A stretch of DNA of 64,000 nucleotides from an uncultured virus (IMG/VR IMGVR_UViG_3300038461_000154) (Duplodnaviria > Heunggongvirae > Uroviricota > Caudoviricetes). The stretch is taken from IMG/VR virus record IMGVR_UViG_3300038461_000154, one strand, 5' to 3'. Shown piece after piece: positions 63,142-64,000 of the stretch (positions are counted from its first letter, which is position 1; each line of letters starts with the position of its first letter). The notes beneath the pieces are model-generated. The model worked only from the letters and a program-made list of their open reading frames with translations, had not been told where the DNA came from and made no database searches. The position numbers and the translations under genes were made by a program.

Positions 63142-63347
63142 TGAATCACTTCTTTTTGTGCAAGAGTATGTTCTAAAAGAAAAGGGCAACAGTCTGGCGG
63201 TGGTTCATCAATACGCACAATTCCATATCCACCATGACCACGATACGGGCAATGAACCACCCCATTTCTTACCCAAAAATTTTCATCACCATCCGTCCAT
63301 GTGTCACACTTCTTGCAAAGCTCTTTTACCAACCGAAAGCTACCCAT
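63135..63347 (-). CDS. CPYLE family Cys-rich protein
   Basis: Family motifs. Confidence 0.85.
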   Translation of the reverse strand: MGSFRLVKELCKKCDTWTDGDENFWVRNGVVHCPYRGHGGYGIVRIDEPPPDCCPFLLEHTLAQKEVIQC

Positions 63348-63348
63348 A

Positions 63349-63639
63349 TCACTTTTCCCAATCCTGCAATGGCGTATCTTTGTTCATTCCAAACCAATTG
63401 AACTCTCTGGCTTCTTTCATAAGCTTCTTTGCGCGTCCTAATTCATCTTGCGTACCTATCTTATTTACTGTGATTCTTTCACCTTCTGTTGTGGCAGATA
63501 CGATATTGTCAAATCTGATTTTGTGCTCATAGATGCCAACCAACGTCATGTAGCCTTGTTCTGGCTTAAACGTCCAAAGAACTCCCTTGAATGTCTTCCC
63601 GTCTTTCGTCTTCACTGTCGTCACATGCATAAGCGCCAT
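63349..63639 (-). CDS. hypothetical protein, possible Sm/LSm-like beta fold
   Basis: VKTKDGKTFKGVL..F..MTL pattern; promoter motif at 63654. Confidence 0.65.
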   Translation of the reverse strand: MALMHVTTVKTKDGKTFKGVLWTFKPEQGYMTLVGIYEHKIRFDNIVSATTEGERITVNKIGTQDELGRAKKLMKEAREFNWFGMNKDTPLQDWEK

Positions 63640-63821
63640 TCCTTTCCACCACTATATCGTCAAGAATGAGAAGTTCTATCACCATTCTTTGAAAAGTGAT
63701 GTTAGGTCATATTAGGGTAGTTGGTATATACAAGTTATAAGTCGTTTGTGCTATTTGGCTTACATAATTGTTTATAAAATCGGCCCGTTTTGACGATATA
63801 TAAGCAGGAGGATTTGGAGTC

Positions 63822-64000
63822 ATGCCGGATACAGGATGGAAATGGGATGAATCGTTCGAGTGCTACTTCTGTGGCGAGAAGGGCGATGGTTGTGGTGTCT
63901 ATCAAGTTAAAGAAGCCTTTGTTCCCGAAGACGCTGGCCATATTGGTGAATGGACCGGCAATGTGGTTTTGGGAGATACCATTGAAGGTATCCGGCACTA
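63822..64000 (+). CDS. hypothetical protein (runs to window edge)
   Basis: Plus-strand promoter motif at 63792, AGGAGG RBS, open frame MPDTGW.. Confidence 0.55.
   Translation, partial: MPDTGWKWDESFECYFCGEKGDGCGVYQVKEAFVPEDAGHIGEWTGNVVLGDTIEGIRH

Noticed and set aside
8714..63347. Diversity-generating retroelement as the source of variation
   Set aside because: No reverse transcriptase and no template/variable repeat pair differing only at adenines is visible. Variation includes large indels. An RT elsewhere in the genome cannot be excluded.
8714..63347. c-type cytochrome heme motifs
   Set aside because: CxxCH occurs in only a few copies. The position after CxxC is usually Y/C/W/F, and there are no export signals.
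494..63669. Most plus-strand ORFs in the track
   Set aside because: They are antisense shadows of coupled minus-strand genes, without RBS or coherent composition. I kept only 5235, 45988-47353, 59098-60615 and the edge ORF at 63822, which I added.
1..64000. Stop-codon reassignment explaining the many short ORFs
   Set aside because: TAA, TGA and TAG all terminate genes at motif-defined ends, adjacent genes are in different frames, and the long enzymes are intact in the standard code.

Overview
The window looks like part of a large (jumbo-type) bacteriophage genome. It is densely packed with small, mostly minus-strand genes, tRNA and tRNA-like genes, DNA methyltransferases, a free-standing endonuclease, Lar-like proteins and a kinase-phosphatase. 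It has no housekeeping operons and no recognisable full-length structural or replication genes. The dominant feature is one family of small Cys-rich proteins, called the CPYLE family here. I count about 127 genes by hand, in four main tandem clusters (8.7-10.1, 11.3-31.1, 37.8-50.1 and 60.6-63.3 kb). Each member has a fixed N-terminus M-L-N-K-x-x-C-x-x-C, a central W..C and a fixed C-terminus P-P-x-x-C-P-Y-x-L-E-(H/Q)-x-V, with hypervariable sequence in between. The genes are chained by a stereotyped junction. The next gene's MLNK codons supply the previous gene's stop, the L-E codons often form a GGAG ribosome-binding site, and many junctions form a GAGCAT-N7-ATGCT inverted repeat. Also visible are two ORF-poor clusters of back-to-back structured or tRNA-like RNAs (2.35-3.44 kb and 58.3-59.0 kb), about 25 copies of a promoter-like motif ATAAW-N13-GACGATAY, a sharp GC-skew reversal near 10.2-10.5 kb, and two prepilin-like genes. 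Where I shortened an ORF-track entry, I moved the start to the family MLNK motif or to an RBS-supported start. Product names come from motif recognition only; no database search was run.
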